Notes: a model not told the origin generated them from the letters alone. A stretch of 64,000 nucleotides of DNA from Patescibacteria group bacterium (GCA_041742135.1 JBGSJG010000008.1:96518-160517); one strand, 5' to 3'; positions 45,419 through 55,738 are shown, numbered from the stretch's first letter. Numbers and translations: made by a program.

Positions 45419-46249
45419 ATGCATGAACCTGTATTAGTTAGTGAGGTAATTGATTATTTGCACATTCAAAATAACGCACAGTACATAGACGCGACCTTGG
45501 GAGCGGCTGGGCACAGCTTAGAAATTCTTAAAAGAGGCGGAATGGTTTTAGGAATAGAAGCAGACCCTGCGATGCTAAAGTTTTCAAAAAAACGAGTGGG
45601 AGAAGCCTGCCCTACACTTGTTTTAGGTAACTTCAGAGATATCGCAAAAATCGCTCGCGGAAGCGGATTTACAAATGTGTCTGGGATACTTTTTGATCTT
45701 GGGATTTCAAGCATTCATTTTGATACCGATGCTCGTGGGTTTTCCTTTAAAGACCCCAGCTCACCTCTTGATATGAGGCTAAATCCTGAAGTTCAAGCTG
45801 TAACCGCAGCTGATTTGTTAAATAGTTTGGACCAAACTCAGTTAACGAATTTGTTTGAGTCGTCAAGGTTAGCACGCGATGTAGTAAACGCCAGAAAATT
45901 TAAGAAATTTGCTTTAGTTGGCGATTTATTGTCACTTTTTGAGGGAAAAACGCGAGGCAAAATTCATCCAGCTACCAAGGCTTTTATGGATTTGCGTATC
46001 GCGGTCAATAGCGAGCTGGACAATATCGCCGAGGCTTTACCGGATGCATTTGATCTTTTGGCCAAAGGCGGAAAATTGTGCGTAATATCTTTCCACTCTG
46101 GTGAAGATCGGATTGTTAAAGAGAATTTTAGACGTCTGGTTGATCAGGGCATAGCAGAAGCGACCGACTTGATTCTACCTAGTCAATCAGAAGTCGAGCG
46201 AAATCCGAGGTCCCGAAGTGCAAAGATGCGAGTTTTAACAAAGTTATGA
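45419..46249 (+). CDS. rsmH: 16S rRNA (cytosine1402-N4)-methyltransferase RsmH (MraW)
   Basis: 276 aa. YIDATLGAAGHS, FDLGISS, with a conserved C-terminal SQSEVERNPRSRSAK. Confidence 0.9.
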   Translation: MHEPVLVSEVIDYLHIQNNAQYIDATLGAAGHSLEILKRGGMVLGIEADPAMLKFSKKRVGEACPTLVLGNFRDIAKIARGSGFTNVSGILFDLGISSIHFDTDARGFSFKDPSSPLDMRLNPEVQAVTAADLLNSLDQTQLTNLFESSRLARDVVNARKFKKFALVGDLLSLFEGKTRGKIHPATKAFMDLRIAVNSELDNIAEALPDAFDLLAKGGKLCVISFHSGEDRIVKENFRRLVDQGIAEATDLILPSQSEVERNPRSRSAKMRVLTKL

Positions 46250-46536
46250 ATAAAACAAAATTGATGGTTTTGATTTCTGTAATAGCCGCAGCTGCTCTGA
46301 TGGTGACAGTCGCGGTTGGCTCCAGTCTTTGGGGCTCTGAGCTTCATGAGCTGGAGAACGCTATTTCTCAACTTGAGGAAGAAAATAAAGTAACACAGGA
46401 AAAAATTGTCCAAGGAACTTCTTTGACGGCGCTGTATGAAATCCGCGAAGAGCTAGGATTTGCCAAACCTTCAAGAGTGATTTATATGGGGGATCATACA
46501 TCAGTTGCCCAAGCGCATAATGGAGCTTCGAATTAG
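46246..46536 (+). CDS. ftsL: FtsL-like cell-division membrane protein
   Basis: 96 aa. A single TM then a coiled-coil (LHELENAISQLEEENKVTQEK). In the canonical position between rsmH and ftsI. Confidence 0.5.
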   Translation: MNKTKLMVLISVIAAAALMVTVAVGSSLWGSELHELENAISQLEEENKVTQEKIVQGTSLTALYEIREELGFAKPSRVIYMGDHTSVAQAHNGASN

Positions 46537-48250
46537 GATCATTTCTATCGGTTTTGTAGTAGCAGTTGTTGTTTTGGTGGGAAAATTAGCTTTTTGGCAG
46601 GTGGTCCGCGGCCAAGAGCTTGCAAGTCAAGGAAGGTATCAGCAACAAAGTACTCGATTGATTGATGCTAAAAGAGGGGACATTCTTTCCTCTGACGGAA
46701 GCTATCTTGCAGCAAGTAACGACGCATGGCTTTTGGTGGCTCAGAGGCCAAAATTTGTCGAAAGTCCGGCTAAAGTTGCAAGTGAACTTGCTAAATTATT
46801 CAAAGGCGAAGAAATCTATGAGGACGATGAAGAAAAAGATGAAGCTTTGGATCGTGAAGAAAAACGGCTTTACGACCTTTTGGTGCGCGATGAGCTCATG
46901 TGGATTCCGCTTAAAAATCGTGTTGATAGAGCAATGCGAGAAAAAATTGAAAAACTTGCGTTTGAGGGCTTGGAGTTTGAGATTGAGGAGGATCGATACT
47001 ATCCGGAGGCTTCCGCCGCCGCACAAATTTTAGGTTTTGTGGGCAAAGATGAAGACGGAAACGATAAGGGTTACTTTGGCTTGGAAGGTTATTACGATTT
47101 GTCGCTTGCGGGCAAGGAGGGTTTTAGAAGCCGCGAAGCAAATGCTCTTGGAGTACCCATTATTTTTGGTGACAGCAAGGAAGCCTCAGCGATACGTGGA
47201 ACCGATTTAATCACACACATTGACAGGACAATTCAGATTGTGGTCGAGAGTAAGCTTGCCGAAGGGCTTGAAAAATACGGTGCACTTTCGGGCAATATTA
47301 TTGTTACCAATCCTCAAACAGGTGCAATTTTGGCTATGGCCACAAGCCCCAGCTACGATCCTAAGAAATATTATGATTATGGCGATGAATTTTTTAGAAA
47401 TCCTGTGATTTCGGATGCTTTTGAGCCTGGGTCGATTTTTAAGCCTTTAGTGATGGCTGCTGCATTGGACGCGGGAGTGGTCAAACCTGACACGATTTGC
47501 GATATTTGCGACAAGCCCTATCAGGTGGACAAATATTTTATTCGCACTTGGAATAATGAATACAACGCCGGCGCCACAATGCAAGACGTTATAGTTCACT
47601 CAGATAACGTAGGAATGGCATTCACGGGCAATAGGCTAGGAGCCGACCGATTGCATGATTATCTATCGGCCTACGGCTTTGGCGGCCTTACAGGGATTGA
47701 TTTGCAAGGAGAAGTGACGCCTTCGATTCGCTCAAAAGGGACATGGAACGTGGTGGACTTGGCGACTACATCTTTTGGCCAAGGAATTGCTGTCACTCCT
47801 ATTCAGATGGTTTCGGCATTGGGTGCATTGGCCAATAAGGGCGTGCTTATGGCCCCGCAACTTGTCGATAAAATAAAAATTGCGGGGGATACGGAAGATA
47901 TTGAGCCTGTGGAAGTTCGTCGTGTCGTTTCACGAGATGCTGCGGAGGACATCACGCGGATGATGATTGCCGCGGTTAAAAGTGGTGAGGCGAAGTGGGC
48001 GGTCCCTGCGGGCTTTACCATTGCAGGCAAGACCGGTACAGCTCAGATTCCGGTAGCTGGGCATTACGATTCAGAGAAAACTATCGCAAGCTTTGTGGGC
48101 TTTGCTCCACCTTCAGACCCCAAGTTTTTAATGCTTATAACGCTTCGTGAGCCTCAAAGCTCTCCTTGGGCATCTGAAACCGCAGCTCCTTTGTGGTTTG
48201 ATATTGCCAAGGAAATATTTCCCTATCTAGGTATACAGCCAGGCGAATAA
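46505..48250 (+). CDS. ftsI: Penicillin-binding protein 2/FtsI (class B transpeptidase)
   Basis: 581 aa. N-terminal TM, SxxK (GSIFKP), SxN (HSDNVG) and KTG (AGKTGTAQ). Confidence 0.85.
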   Translation: MPKRIMELRIRIISIGFVVAVVVLVGKLAFWQVVRGQELASQGRYQQQSTRLIDAKRGDILSSDGSYLAASNDAWLLVAQRPKFVESPAKVASELAKLFKGEEIYEDDEEKDEALDREEKRLYDLLVRDELMWIPLKNRVDRAMREKIEKLAFEGLEFEIEEDRYYPEASAAAQILGFVGKDEDGNDKGYFGLEGYYDLSLAGKEGFRSREANALGVPIIFGDSKEASAIRGTDLITHIDRTIQIVVESKLAEGLEKYGALSGNIIVTNPQTGAILAMATSPSYDPKKYYDYGDEFFRNPVISDAFEPGSIFKPLVMAAALDAGVVKPDTICDICDKPYQVDKYFIRTWNNEYNAGATMQDVIVHSDNVGMAFTGNRLGADRLHDYLSAYGFGGLTGIDLQGEVTPSIRSKGTWNVVDLATTSFGQGIAVTPIQMVSALGALANKGVLMAPQLVDKIKIAGDTEDIEPVEVRRVVSRDAAEDITRMMIAAVKSGEAKWAVPAGFTIAGKTGTAQIPVAGHYDSEKTIASFVGFAPPSDPKFLMLITLREPQSSPWASETAAPLWFDIAKEIFPYLGIQPGE

Positions 48251-48288
48251 TTAGACTGACTTGCGTGAAAAGTGTATAATTTGCACAC
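48251..48288 (+). promoter_or_regulatory. Putative internal promoter for murA with an extended -10 (TGTATAAT, 48273-48280) ending only 8 nt before the ATG, implying a leaderless or near-leaderless transcript
   Basis: ttagac (48251-48256), an 18-nt spacer, then tgTATAAT. No Shine-Dalgarno sequence between the -10 and the start codon at 48289. Confidence 0.35.
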
Positions 48289-49575
48289 ATGAATCTTCGC
48301 GTTTATGGCGGTACGGCGCTTTCCGGAGAAATTACTCCTTCAGGGAGTAAAAACGCTATAGTGGCGCTTCTTCCTTCAACTCTTCTGTTTGATAAACCAG
48401 TAACATTCACAAACGTCCCCGACATTACCGATGTAGGCAGACTTGTAAAAGTATTAACTGCGTTGGGTGGCAAAGTTGACTGGAATAAAGCAGAGAAGAA
48501 GATGGTTATAGATAACTCGAATGTATCCATGAAGGGTTTGGGAAAAGAAGAGGTCGGAAATATGAGGGGCACGGCACTTTTATGGGGGCCAATGTTGGCA
48601 CGTTTCAGAAGTGTAGCATTTGATGAACTTCCCGGAGGTTGTACATTAGGAGTTCGCCCGCTAAACCCTCATTACGATGCTTTTGAAAAATTGGGAGTTA
48701 AAGTTGACGCGAGCTTTAAAAGTACAAAAATGGATGCCGCAAACGCTCGCTCAGCTGACTTTTGGCTCACTGAAATGAGCCCAACCGTGACTGAGAACGT
48801 GATAATGTTTGCGACTTCGCTCCCCGGAAAAACAAGAATAACCGGTGCTGCTTCTGAGCCCAATGTTCAGGATCTCTGTGTCTTTTTAAATAAGTGCGGA
48901 GCAGATATCAAGGGAGTTGGCTCAAGTATTTTAGAGATCGAAGGCGGCAAGCCATTGTCTCCCGTGGAGCACAAAGTTATAAGCGACCATTACGAGATTG
49001 CAACTTTCCTTTCGCTCGCCGCGGCAACCGGAGGCGAAATTTCAATTAAGGATGCTATCCCTGAGCATTTTTCTTATATCAACCATATATTCTCGCGTTT
49101 TGGGGTTAATGTAATTTACGAGGGTACTACTGCAAAGATTGCCAGAAACTTAGAGCTTTCGATTCACTGCGAGAATGGACCTCTTCAAATAAAAGCTCAG
49201 CCATGGCCGGGATTACCAGTGGATTTACTTCCGATATTTATGCCACTGGCACTTGCCGCTCCTAAAAATGCAGCCCTTTTTCATAATTGGATGTATGAAT
49301 CTGGATTGTTTTGGACTTCAGAATTTTCAAAATTTGGTGCAAATGTTCTTCTGTGTGATCCTCATCGTGTGCTTATAACAGGCGGGCACAAACTTTACGG
49401 CAGTGAAATCGAAGCCCCATACATTATTCGAGCGGTGGTGGCCCTCATGATGGCAGCCATGATTGCTGAGGGTGAAAGCACAATACTAAACGCGGATGCA
49501 ATTCACCGGGGGCACCCGGACTTTGCTGAGAACTTAAAGAGTTTGGGTGCTAAAATCGAGGAAATTAATGGTTAA
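48289..49575 (+). CDS. murA: UDP-N-acetylglucosamine 1-carboxyvinyltransferase MurA
   Basis: 428 aa. SGSKNA, a catalytic Cys in LPGGCTLGVRP, and a conserved EPSP-synthase-like fold. Confidence 0.9.
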   Translation: MNLRVYGGTALSGEITPSGSKNAIVALLPSTLLFDKPVTFTNVPDITDVGRLVKVLTALGGKVDWNKAEKKMVIDNSNVSMKGLGKEEVGNMRGTALLWGPMLARFRSVAFDELPGGCTLGVRPLNPHYDAFEKLGVKVDASFKSTKMDAANARSADFWLTEMSPTVTENVIMFATSLPGKTRITGAASEPNVQDLCVFLNKCGADIKGVGSSILEIEGGKPLSPVEHKVISDHYEIATFLSLAAATGGEISIKDAIPEHFSYINHIFSRFGVNVIYEGTTAKIARNLELSIHCENGPLQIKAQPWPGLPVDLLPIFMPLALAAPKNAALFHNWMYESGLFWTSEFSKFGANVLLCDPHRVLITGGHKLYGSEIEAPYIIRAVVALMMAAMIAEGESTILNADAIHRGHPDFAENLKSLGAKIEEING

Positions 49576-52030
49576 ATCTTCTAAAGCTAAGCTTTATTTC
49601 ACGCCAAAGACGAAAGTACACTTCATGGGAATTGGTGGAAGTGGCATGTCCGCAGTTGCCATGCTTGCCAATGCAGCTGGCTACGAAGTAGATGGTTGTG
49701 ATCAGTCACCCGCGACACCGTATATGAAAGAGCTTGCTCAGATAAATATCAAAACTGGCCACTCAAAAGATCATGTAAAAGGAAAAATTTTGGTTATTAG
49801 CCCGGCGATCAGTTTTATTAAACCCACTCCAGACGAAGTTCGCGCGGCCAAAAAAGTTATAACTTGGCAGGAGCTTTTGGGAAAAGAAATCGTGCAAGAC
49901 AAGAGCGTTATTGCAGTAGCTGGAACTCATGGCAAGTCTACTACCACGGCCATGCTTGCCTTAATCTTTGAGCAGGCGAAGTTAGACCCCGGAGTTATGA
50001 TTGGCGCAAAAGTCCCACAGTGGAACAGCAACTTTCGAGTTGGTCAGGGTAAGAATTTTATCGTTGAAGCGGACGAATTTAATGACAATTTCCTAAATTA
50101 CTCCCCAGAGATAGCCATAATCAACAATATCGAGTTCGATCACCCTGATTATTTTAAAGACGAGCCTCAGCTCATAAATAGTTTTAAGAATTTTATTTCT
50201 CGTCTTAAAGGTAGAAAAATATTAATTTTTAATTCTGACTCGAAGATTTTGTCTGATTTAGTCAAAGCAGCTGATAAGGATATTACGCGTATTAGCTATA
50301 GTTTAATAGATGAAAGCGCAGACGTTTATGGAAAGATAGTTAAAAAATCGTTAGCAGAAACTCGCTTTTCAGTCGTTTCAAAAAAGCTAAATGTTAATTT
50401 TACTTTTACGCTTAAGTTGGCAGGGGACTACAATGTGTCAAATGCTTTGGGTGCAATTGCTGCGGCAGTTTCCTGTTCAATAGACAAAAGTACCATAAAC
50501 GCTTCCCTTTCTAGCTTTTATGGAATTGGTAGACGTATGGAATTACTTGGCAAACCTGCCGGGGTTTTTGTTTATGATGATTATGCTCATCACCCTACAG
50601 CAATAAGAGAAACTCTTAAAGCACTGAGGCAAAGACATCATAAATCAAGAGTTACTGCTGTGATTGAGCCTCACTCTTTTTCTCGTACAAAAGCACTTCT
50701 GAATCAGTATAAAGGGGTATTTGAAAACGCTGATCGCGTTATAGTAGCACCAATTTTTAAAGCTAGAGACTCAGCAAATTTTGGAATTAGTTCAAATTCA
50801 ATAGTTAAAGTAGTCACTCACGGCAACATCCATGCTGCAAAAACATTGCATGATGCCACCGAAATGGCATTAAAAGGAGTAAAGAAGGGTGATGTGATTA
50901 TTGTTATGGGTGCGGGGCAAAGTAACGTTATTGCTACAGATTTAGTCAAGGCACTGTCTTTAAAAATATATAAAAATTACTCGTTAAAGAAGCTAAACAC
51001 TTTCAGAGTAGATGTGAAGGCTAAGCAATTTGTGGATGTTGAATCCGAGTTGGCTCTTAAACGATTGCTCAGCGATAAAAAAGTTAGAGCTGAAAAAAGG
51101 CTAATTATCGGGGCTGCAGCAAATATCCTTTTTACAAAAGATTTTGATGGGTTAGTCATTAAAAACTCTATAAAGGGAATCAGTTTAATTAGTGAAAGTA
51201 AAAATTATGTTACTCTCGAGGTAGGATCTGGCGAGAGCTGGCATGAATTGGTTATGTATAGCGTTAAAAACGGATGGGCTGGTATTGAAAATTTAGTTTA
51301 CATCCCAGGACTTGTTGGTGCGGCTCCGGTGCAAAATATTGCAGCTTATGGCCAGAATTTCTCAGACGTGTTTGTTAGCCTTGACGCTATAGATACTAAA
51401 ACAGGCAAAAAGAAAGTTTTCAGTAAAGAGGACTGCATGTTTGGTTATAGAGATAGTTATTTTAAGTCAAAAGCTCCGGGTCGGTTTGTTGTCACAAAAG
51501 TTAGACTAAAGCTCGCAAAAACCGCTCATATTAATACTTCGTATTTTGAAACAGGTAAGACTTTTGCAAAAAATGTTTCACTTGAGCAAGAGTTAGCATT
51601 AATCGCAAAGCCACCTTATACAATTCACGACGTTGCAATGGCAGTTATGAGTATTCGCAAAAAGAAACTTCCTGAAGTCTCCGACGTAGGAACTGTTGGT
51701 AGTTTTTTTAAAAACCCTGTTATTACTAAAGAGAAATACTTAGCACTTAAAGAGGCAGATCCTGATTTGCAATCTTACCCAGTCGAAGACTTGAGGTACA
51801 CAAAAAAAGTAAACGGCGAGATGGTCAAAATCCCGGCCGCCAGACTTTTAGATACTCTAGGATGGAAAGGCAAAAAAATTGGCAAAGTGGGAACACACCC
51901 CACACAAGCGCTTGCTGTAGTTAATTACGGAGCCAAGCCTAAGGATATTTTGAAATTTACGAGACAGATGCAAAAGGCGGTACTGGATAAGTTTGGAATC
52001 GAGCTTGAGCCGGAGGTCGTAATTATATGA
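49547..52030 (+). CDS. murC/murB: Fusion protein: UDP-N-acetylmuramate--L-alanine ligase (MurC, residues about 1-470) fused to UDP-N-acetylenolpyruvoylglucosamine reductase (MurB, about 475-827)
   Basis: 827-aa single ORF. MurC motifs are HFMGIGGSGMSAVAMLA and AGTHGKSTTT. MurB motifs are YIPGLVGAAPVQNIAAYG, FGYRDSYFK, GSFFKNPV and a C-terminal FGIELEPEVVI. No stop between the domains. The probable start is the Met at 49568. Confidence 0.85.
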   Translation: MLKSRKLMVKSSKAKLYFTPKTKVHFMGIGGSGMSAVAMLANAAGYEVDGCDQSPATPYMKELAQINIKTGHSKDHVKGKILVISPAISFIKPTPDEVRAAKKVITWQELLGKEIVQDKSVIAVAGTHGKSTTTAMLALIFEQAKLDPGVMIGAKVPQWNSNFRVGQGKNFIVEADEFNDNFLNYSPEIAIINNIEFDHPDYFKDEPQLINSFKNFISRLKGRKILIFNSDSKILSDLVKAADKDITRISYSLIDESADVYGKIVKKSLAETRFSVVSKKLNVNFTFTLKLAGDYNVSNALGAIAAAVSCSIDKSTINASLSSFYGIGRRMELLGKPAGVFVYDDYAHHPTAIRETLKALRQRHHKSRVTAVIEPHSFSRTKALLNQYKGVFENADRVIVAPIFKARDSANFGISSNSIVKVVTHGNIHAAKTLHDATEMALKGVKKGDVIIVMGAGQSNVIATDLVKALSLKIYKNYSLKKLNTFRVDVKAKQFVDVESELALKRLLSDKKVRAEKRLIIGAAANILFTKDFDGLVIKNSIKGISLISESKNYVTLEVGSGESWHELVMYSVKNGWAGIENLVYIPGLVGAAPVQNIAAYGQNFSDVFVSLDAIDTKTGKKKVFSKEDCMFGYRDSYFKSKAPGRFVVTKVRLKLAKTAHINTSYFETGKTFAKNVSLEQELALIAKPPYTIHDVAMAVMSIRKKKLPEVSDVGTVGSFFKNPVITKEKYLALKEADPDLQSYPVEDLRYTKKVNGEMVKIPAARLLDTLGWKGKKIGKVGTHPTQALAVVNYGAKPKDILKFTRQMQKAVLDKFGIELEPEVVII

Positions 52031-53412
52031 AATCAATCAAAGGTGTCACTGATGACTCTAGAAAAGTTAAAAAAGGCTTTGTTTTTGTGGCAATAAAAGG
52101 AGAGCATTTTGATGGCAACGATTATATTTCAGAAGCTATCGATAATGGGGCGGCTGAAATTGTAAGCGAAAAGAAAATGCCGATAAACTGGGACTCTAAG
52201 GTCAATTACCGAAAGGTTGCCAATGCCCGTCGTGAGCTCTCGTTATTGGCTTGTGAATTTTACGCCAATCCTTCAAAAAAAATGACGGTTATTGGTGTTA
52301 CAGGGTCGGACGGAAAAACGACAACTTCCCATATGATTTATGAAGTTTTAAAAAAAGCTGGTAAGCCAGTGGGTTTGATTTCAACAATCTCGGCAAAGAT
52401 CAAAAATCGTGAAGTCGATACGGGCTTTCATGTTACAAATCCTGAGCCTCTAGAATTACAAAAACTGCTATCTCAAATGGTCAAATCAGGACTTGACTAT
52501 GTTGTTTTGGAGGTAACTTCGCATGGCATTGATCAAGAGCGAATTGCTGGAATCAATTTCGATTTGGCGGTTTTGACAAATATCACACACGAGCATCTTG
52601 ATTATCATAAAACTTTTAGTAAGTATCGGGATACCAAGCTTAGGTTGTTTTTGGATGCGAAAACTTCTGTCCTAAATAAAGATGATAAAAATTACGATTA
52701 TTTGAGTGGGAAAATTAAAAATAAAAAAATCTCTTATTCTTTGAATCAAGACGCAGATTTCACTCCTTCTACTCTTGAGCTTGATAAATTAATGGGCTTA
52801 TCACTTCCAGAAGTTGGTTCATACAATATTCAAAATGCTCTTGCTGCCGCGGCAACTGCCTCGGTACTCGGAGTTTCACTCAAAATAACTCAAGATGCTT
52901 TGGCAAAAATGCAATTGCCCAAAGGCAGGCTCCAGAGAATAAAAAACACAAAAGGAGTCAACCTGTACGTCGATTTTGCCCATACGCCAAATGCACTGCA
53001 GCAAGTTCTCGGGTTACTTAAAGAGCAAACGGAAGGCAAATTGATTGTCGTTTTTGGTTGCGCCGGAGAGCGAGACAAGCAAAAACGCTCAATGATGGCT
53101 AGAATTGCAACAGATATCTCTGATTTTTCAGTCTTTACGGCTGAAGACCCCAGAAGTGAAAAGATTGAAGATATCTTGGCGCAAATGGAATTAGGAGTTA
53201 AAAACAAAAAAGCTGCACGTTTCAAAATAGCCGAGCGGGGTGAGGCAATCAGTTTTGCCGTAAACGAGCTGTCAAAAGCCGGAGATACATTGGTCATAAC
53301 AGGTAAAGCGCACGAAAAAAGTATGGCTTATAATGGTATTGAATATCCATGGAGCGACTTTGAGGCAGTTGATATGGCGCTAAAGGGCAAGACTTTAAAA
53401 ATTAAAAGATGA
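52027..53412 (+). CDS. murE: UDP-N-acetylmuramoyl-L-alanyl-D-glutamate--2,6-diaminopimelate ligase MurE
   Basis: 461 aa. N-terminal DDSRKVKKGFVFVAIKGEHFDGNDYI, P-loop GVTGSDGKTTTS and a DNPR-like EDPR motif. Confidence 0.8.
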   Translation: MKSIKGVTDDSRKVKKGFVFVAIKGEHFDGNDYISEAIDNGAAEIVSEKKMPINWDSKVNYRKVANARRELSLLACEFYANPSKKMTVIGVTGSDGKTTTSHMIYEVLKKAGKPVGLISTISAKIKNREVDTGFHVTNPEPLELQKLLSQMVKSGLDYVVLEVTSHGIDQERIAGINFDLAVLTNITHEHLDYHKTFSKYRDTKLRLFLDAKTSVLNKDDKNYDYLSGKIKNKKISYSLNQDADFTPSTLELDKLMGLSLPEVGSYNIQNALAAAATASVLGVSLKITQDALAKMQLPKGRLQRIKNTKGVNLYVDFAHTPNALQQVLGLLKEQTEGKLIVVFGCAGERDKQKRSMMARIATDISDFSVFTAEDPRSEKIEDILAQMELGVKNKKAARFKIAERGEAISFAVNELSKAGDTLVITGKAHEKSMAYNGIEYPWSDFEAVDMALKGKTLKIKR

Positions 53413-54536
53413 AAAAAAATATTGCAGTCTGTTTCGGGGGAGTATCTCCCGAGCATGAAGTTTCCGTTATTACTGGCCTGCAGGTGATGGAGCAGATTGA
53501 CCGAGATTTATTTGAGCCATTTGCGATTTATTTTACCAAAGAAGGACTTCTTAAGTTTCAAGATATTAAAAAGCGACATGACTTTAAAGTCGATGGGGGA
53601 AAAATTGTGAATTTTGCCAAAGATGAAAAAGGCGTTTATTTTATTGGTAGCACTCCCCTAGCCAAGAGAGTATATGTAGACTCGGCATATCTTGCTTTTC
53701 ATGGAGGATATGGGGAAGCTGGGCCCGTTCAAGGCTTTTTTGAAACGCTTGAATTGCCCTTTACATCTCCGCCCTTGGAAGCCTCGGCGATATCTATGAA
53801 TAAGCAGCTGACTCGGCAGGTTTTGTCACAGAACACGATAAATGTTGTCCGGGGGGTTTCAGTTTTTTCGGATGATGTGCTCAAAGACCCCGATGTTACA
53901 ATGCAAAAAGTGAAGAAGGAAATTGGATTGCCCGCAATAATTAAGCCTGTACATTTAGGTAGCAGTATCGGAATTAATGTTGCCAAAAAAGAAGTGGAGC
54001 TTAAAAAGTTTTTACTAGAAGCGGCCCATGTTGATAGCGAGATTTTGGTAGAGAAGCTTCTTGTCAACTTCGTAGAATATAATTGCTCGGTACGCGCAGT
54101 TGACGGAAAACTTGAAGCAAGCGAAGTGGAGCGACCCATCAAGTCGGATGAGATCTTAAGCTTTGCCGATAAATACCAAAAGGGTGGAAATAAAAAAGCT
54201 GCAGGGATGGCGTCGCTTGTGCGGGAACTCCCAGCTAAAATTCCAGTAAGTCTTAAAGATAAAATTCAAAAAATTGCGCGTGAAGTATTTAAAGCTACTA
54301 GATGCAAAGGACTGGTTAGAATTGATTTTATGGTAACTAGTGATAACGAAGTCTATGTAACTGAAGTAAATCCAATTCCTGGATCGATGGCTTTTTATCT
54401 GTGGGAAGCAAGCGGAGTTAGTTTTACTAAGCAAATTACTGATTTAATTGAGCAAAGCATCGTTGATTTCAAGAGTAAAGTGGGGAAAAAACTAGATTAT
54501 CAAAGTGATATTGTCGAGAAGTTTGTAAAAGTTTAG
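53409..54536 (+). CDS. ddl: D-alanine--D-alanine ligase
   Basis: 375 aa. N-terminal IAVCFGGVSPEHEVSV, an ATP-grasp core, and C-terminal EVNPIPG. Confidence 0.85.
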   Translation: MKKNIAVCFGGVSPEHEVSVITGLQVMEQIDRDLFEPFAIYFTKEGLLKFQDIKKRHDFKVDGGKIVNFAKDEKGVYFIGSTPLAKRVYVDSAYLAFHGGYGEAGPVQGFFETLELPFTSPPLEASAISMNKQLTRQVLSQNTINVVRGVSVFSDDVLKDPDVTMQKVKKEIGLPAIIKPVHLGSSIGINVAKKEVELKKFLLEAAHVDSEILVEKLLVNFVEYNCSVRAVDGKLEASEVERPIKSDEILSFADKYQKGGNKKAAGMASLVRELPAKIPVSLKDKIQKIAREVFKATRCKGLVRIDFMVTSDNEVYVTEVNPIPGSMAFYLWEASGVSFTKQITDLIEQSIVDFKSKVGKKLDYQSDIVEKFVKV

Positions 54537-55738
54537 TAGTAATTATCTCCAAGCTCCGGTTGCATTAGGACAAGATACTCTTTGGGGCTAAAGTTTTTTT
54601 TGATAATTTCCCAAGCATCAGTCATGCCTTCTGCAAGTAGTACTTCTTGGCTAATTCCTTCCAAGACTTCGTTGTGAAGAACAGTTTTGCAAAGGACTAC
54701 TTGCGCCTTGGATTCGGCTAATATTTTGCCGTATTCGAAGTTGGCATCTTTGTTTTCGCGCCCCAACTCTGGTATTCCCGCAGTAACTACAATTAGTTTT
54801 TTCTTCATTTGTTTTGCCAACAAAAGTGCATTTTTAAGCGTGAACTTTGCTGTGGTAAAGCTTATGTTGTAGCTTTCGTCAATTGTCTCAAAACCGTGAA
54901 GATCAATGATGTTTCCGCGTCTGTCTGGTTTGGCAAGTTTTTTAGCAGTATCATCGACAATATCTTTAGGAATTTTCAAAGCCTTGGCAACTGCCAACGC
55001 ATATTCAAGATTAGATTCCTTGTCGGAAATTTTAATCGCCCCAGCTTTTGCGTAATTAAAAACTTCGTGAAGCGCGATTTTAAGCTTTGCCTTGCTGCCA
55101 AATCTTTCCAAATGTTGGTCCCCCACGTTTGTTAAAATTGCGATGTCGGGCGGAGTTATCGCGCAACTTCTTTTAATTTCTCCGATAAAGTACGTATCCA
55201 TTTCGACTATTAAAATTTCAGTAGTTGTGTTTAAATTTTTTAGAATCCACGCAGCAATTCCTGTCGGCGTATTAATGTTGCCCGGAATCATCTGGGTTTT
55301 AAAGTTATAGCGAACCAGTTCGTAAATATAATTTTTGGTCGTGGTTTTGCCAAAGCTTCCTGCGACGGCTATAACTTTCCCGTTATATTTGTTAGCAAAA
55401 TGTTTTGCCGCGGATTTTTGGATGCCATGCTTAATACGCTCGTAAATCGGGTTTAAAACAATGTTTGCGAGAGCAACCCAAAAAGGAATCAAAAGAACCG
55501 TGAAAATAATCGTCAAGTATGATCCCAGAATGGTGAGCACTACGCTAAGTGCCAACGTAACCCTCACTCTTGAAGTTAAAACCAGCTTTTGCCGCTTTTG
55601 AAAGCCTCTTTTTAAAAAAAATCTGGAGATTAATTTTAAGTAGCGTTTAGTATCATACTCTTCGAGTTGAAGAAGGTACAAAAAGTCAAAGAAGGGGAAA
55701 ATTTTGTCAATCATATAAATTTGTTTATGAGTCCCCAA
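54533..55738 (-). CDS. murF: MurF-like Mur ligase with a hydrophobic (2-TM) N-terminal region in place of the usual N-terminal domain, encoded antisense to the dcw cluster
   Basis: 401 aa. P-loop VIAVAGSFGKTTTK, GNINTPTG (cf. MurF GNxNNxIGxP), TNVGDQHLERFGS and IDESYN (cf. MurF DDSYNAN). N-terminal LALSVVLTILGSYLTIIFTVLLIPFWVALANIVL is predicted membrane-spanning. Confidence 0.55.
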   Translation of the reverse strand: MGTHKQIYMIDKIFPFFDFLYLLQLEEYDTKRYLKLISRFFLKRGFQKRQKLVLTSRVRVTLALSVVLTILGSYLTIIFTVLLIPFWVALANIVLNPIYERIKHGIQKSAAKHFANKYNGKVIAVAGSFGKTTTKNYIYELVRYNFKTQMIPGNINTPTGIAAWILKNLNTTTEILIVEMDTYFIGEIKRSCAITPPDIAILTNVGDQHLERFGSKAKLKIALHEVFNYAKAGAIKISDKESNLEYALAVAKALKIPKDIVDDTAKKLAKPDRRGNIIDLHGFETIDESYNISFTTAKFTLKNALLLAKQMKKKLIVVTAGIPELGRENKDANFEYGKILAESKAQVVLCKTVLHNEVLEGISQEVLLAEGMTDAWEIIKKNFSPKEYLVLMQPELGDNYY

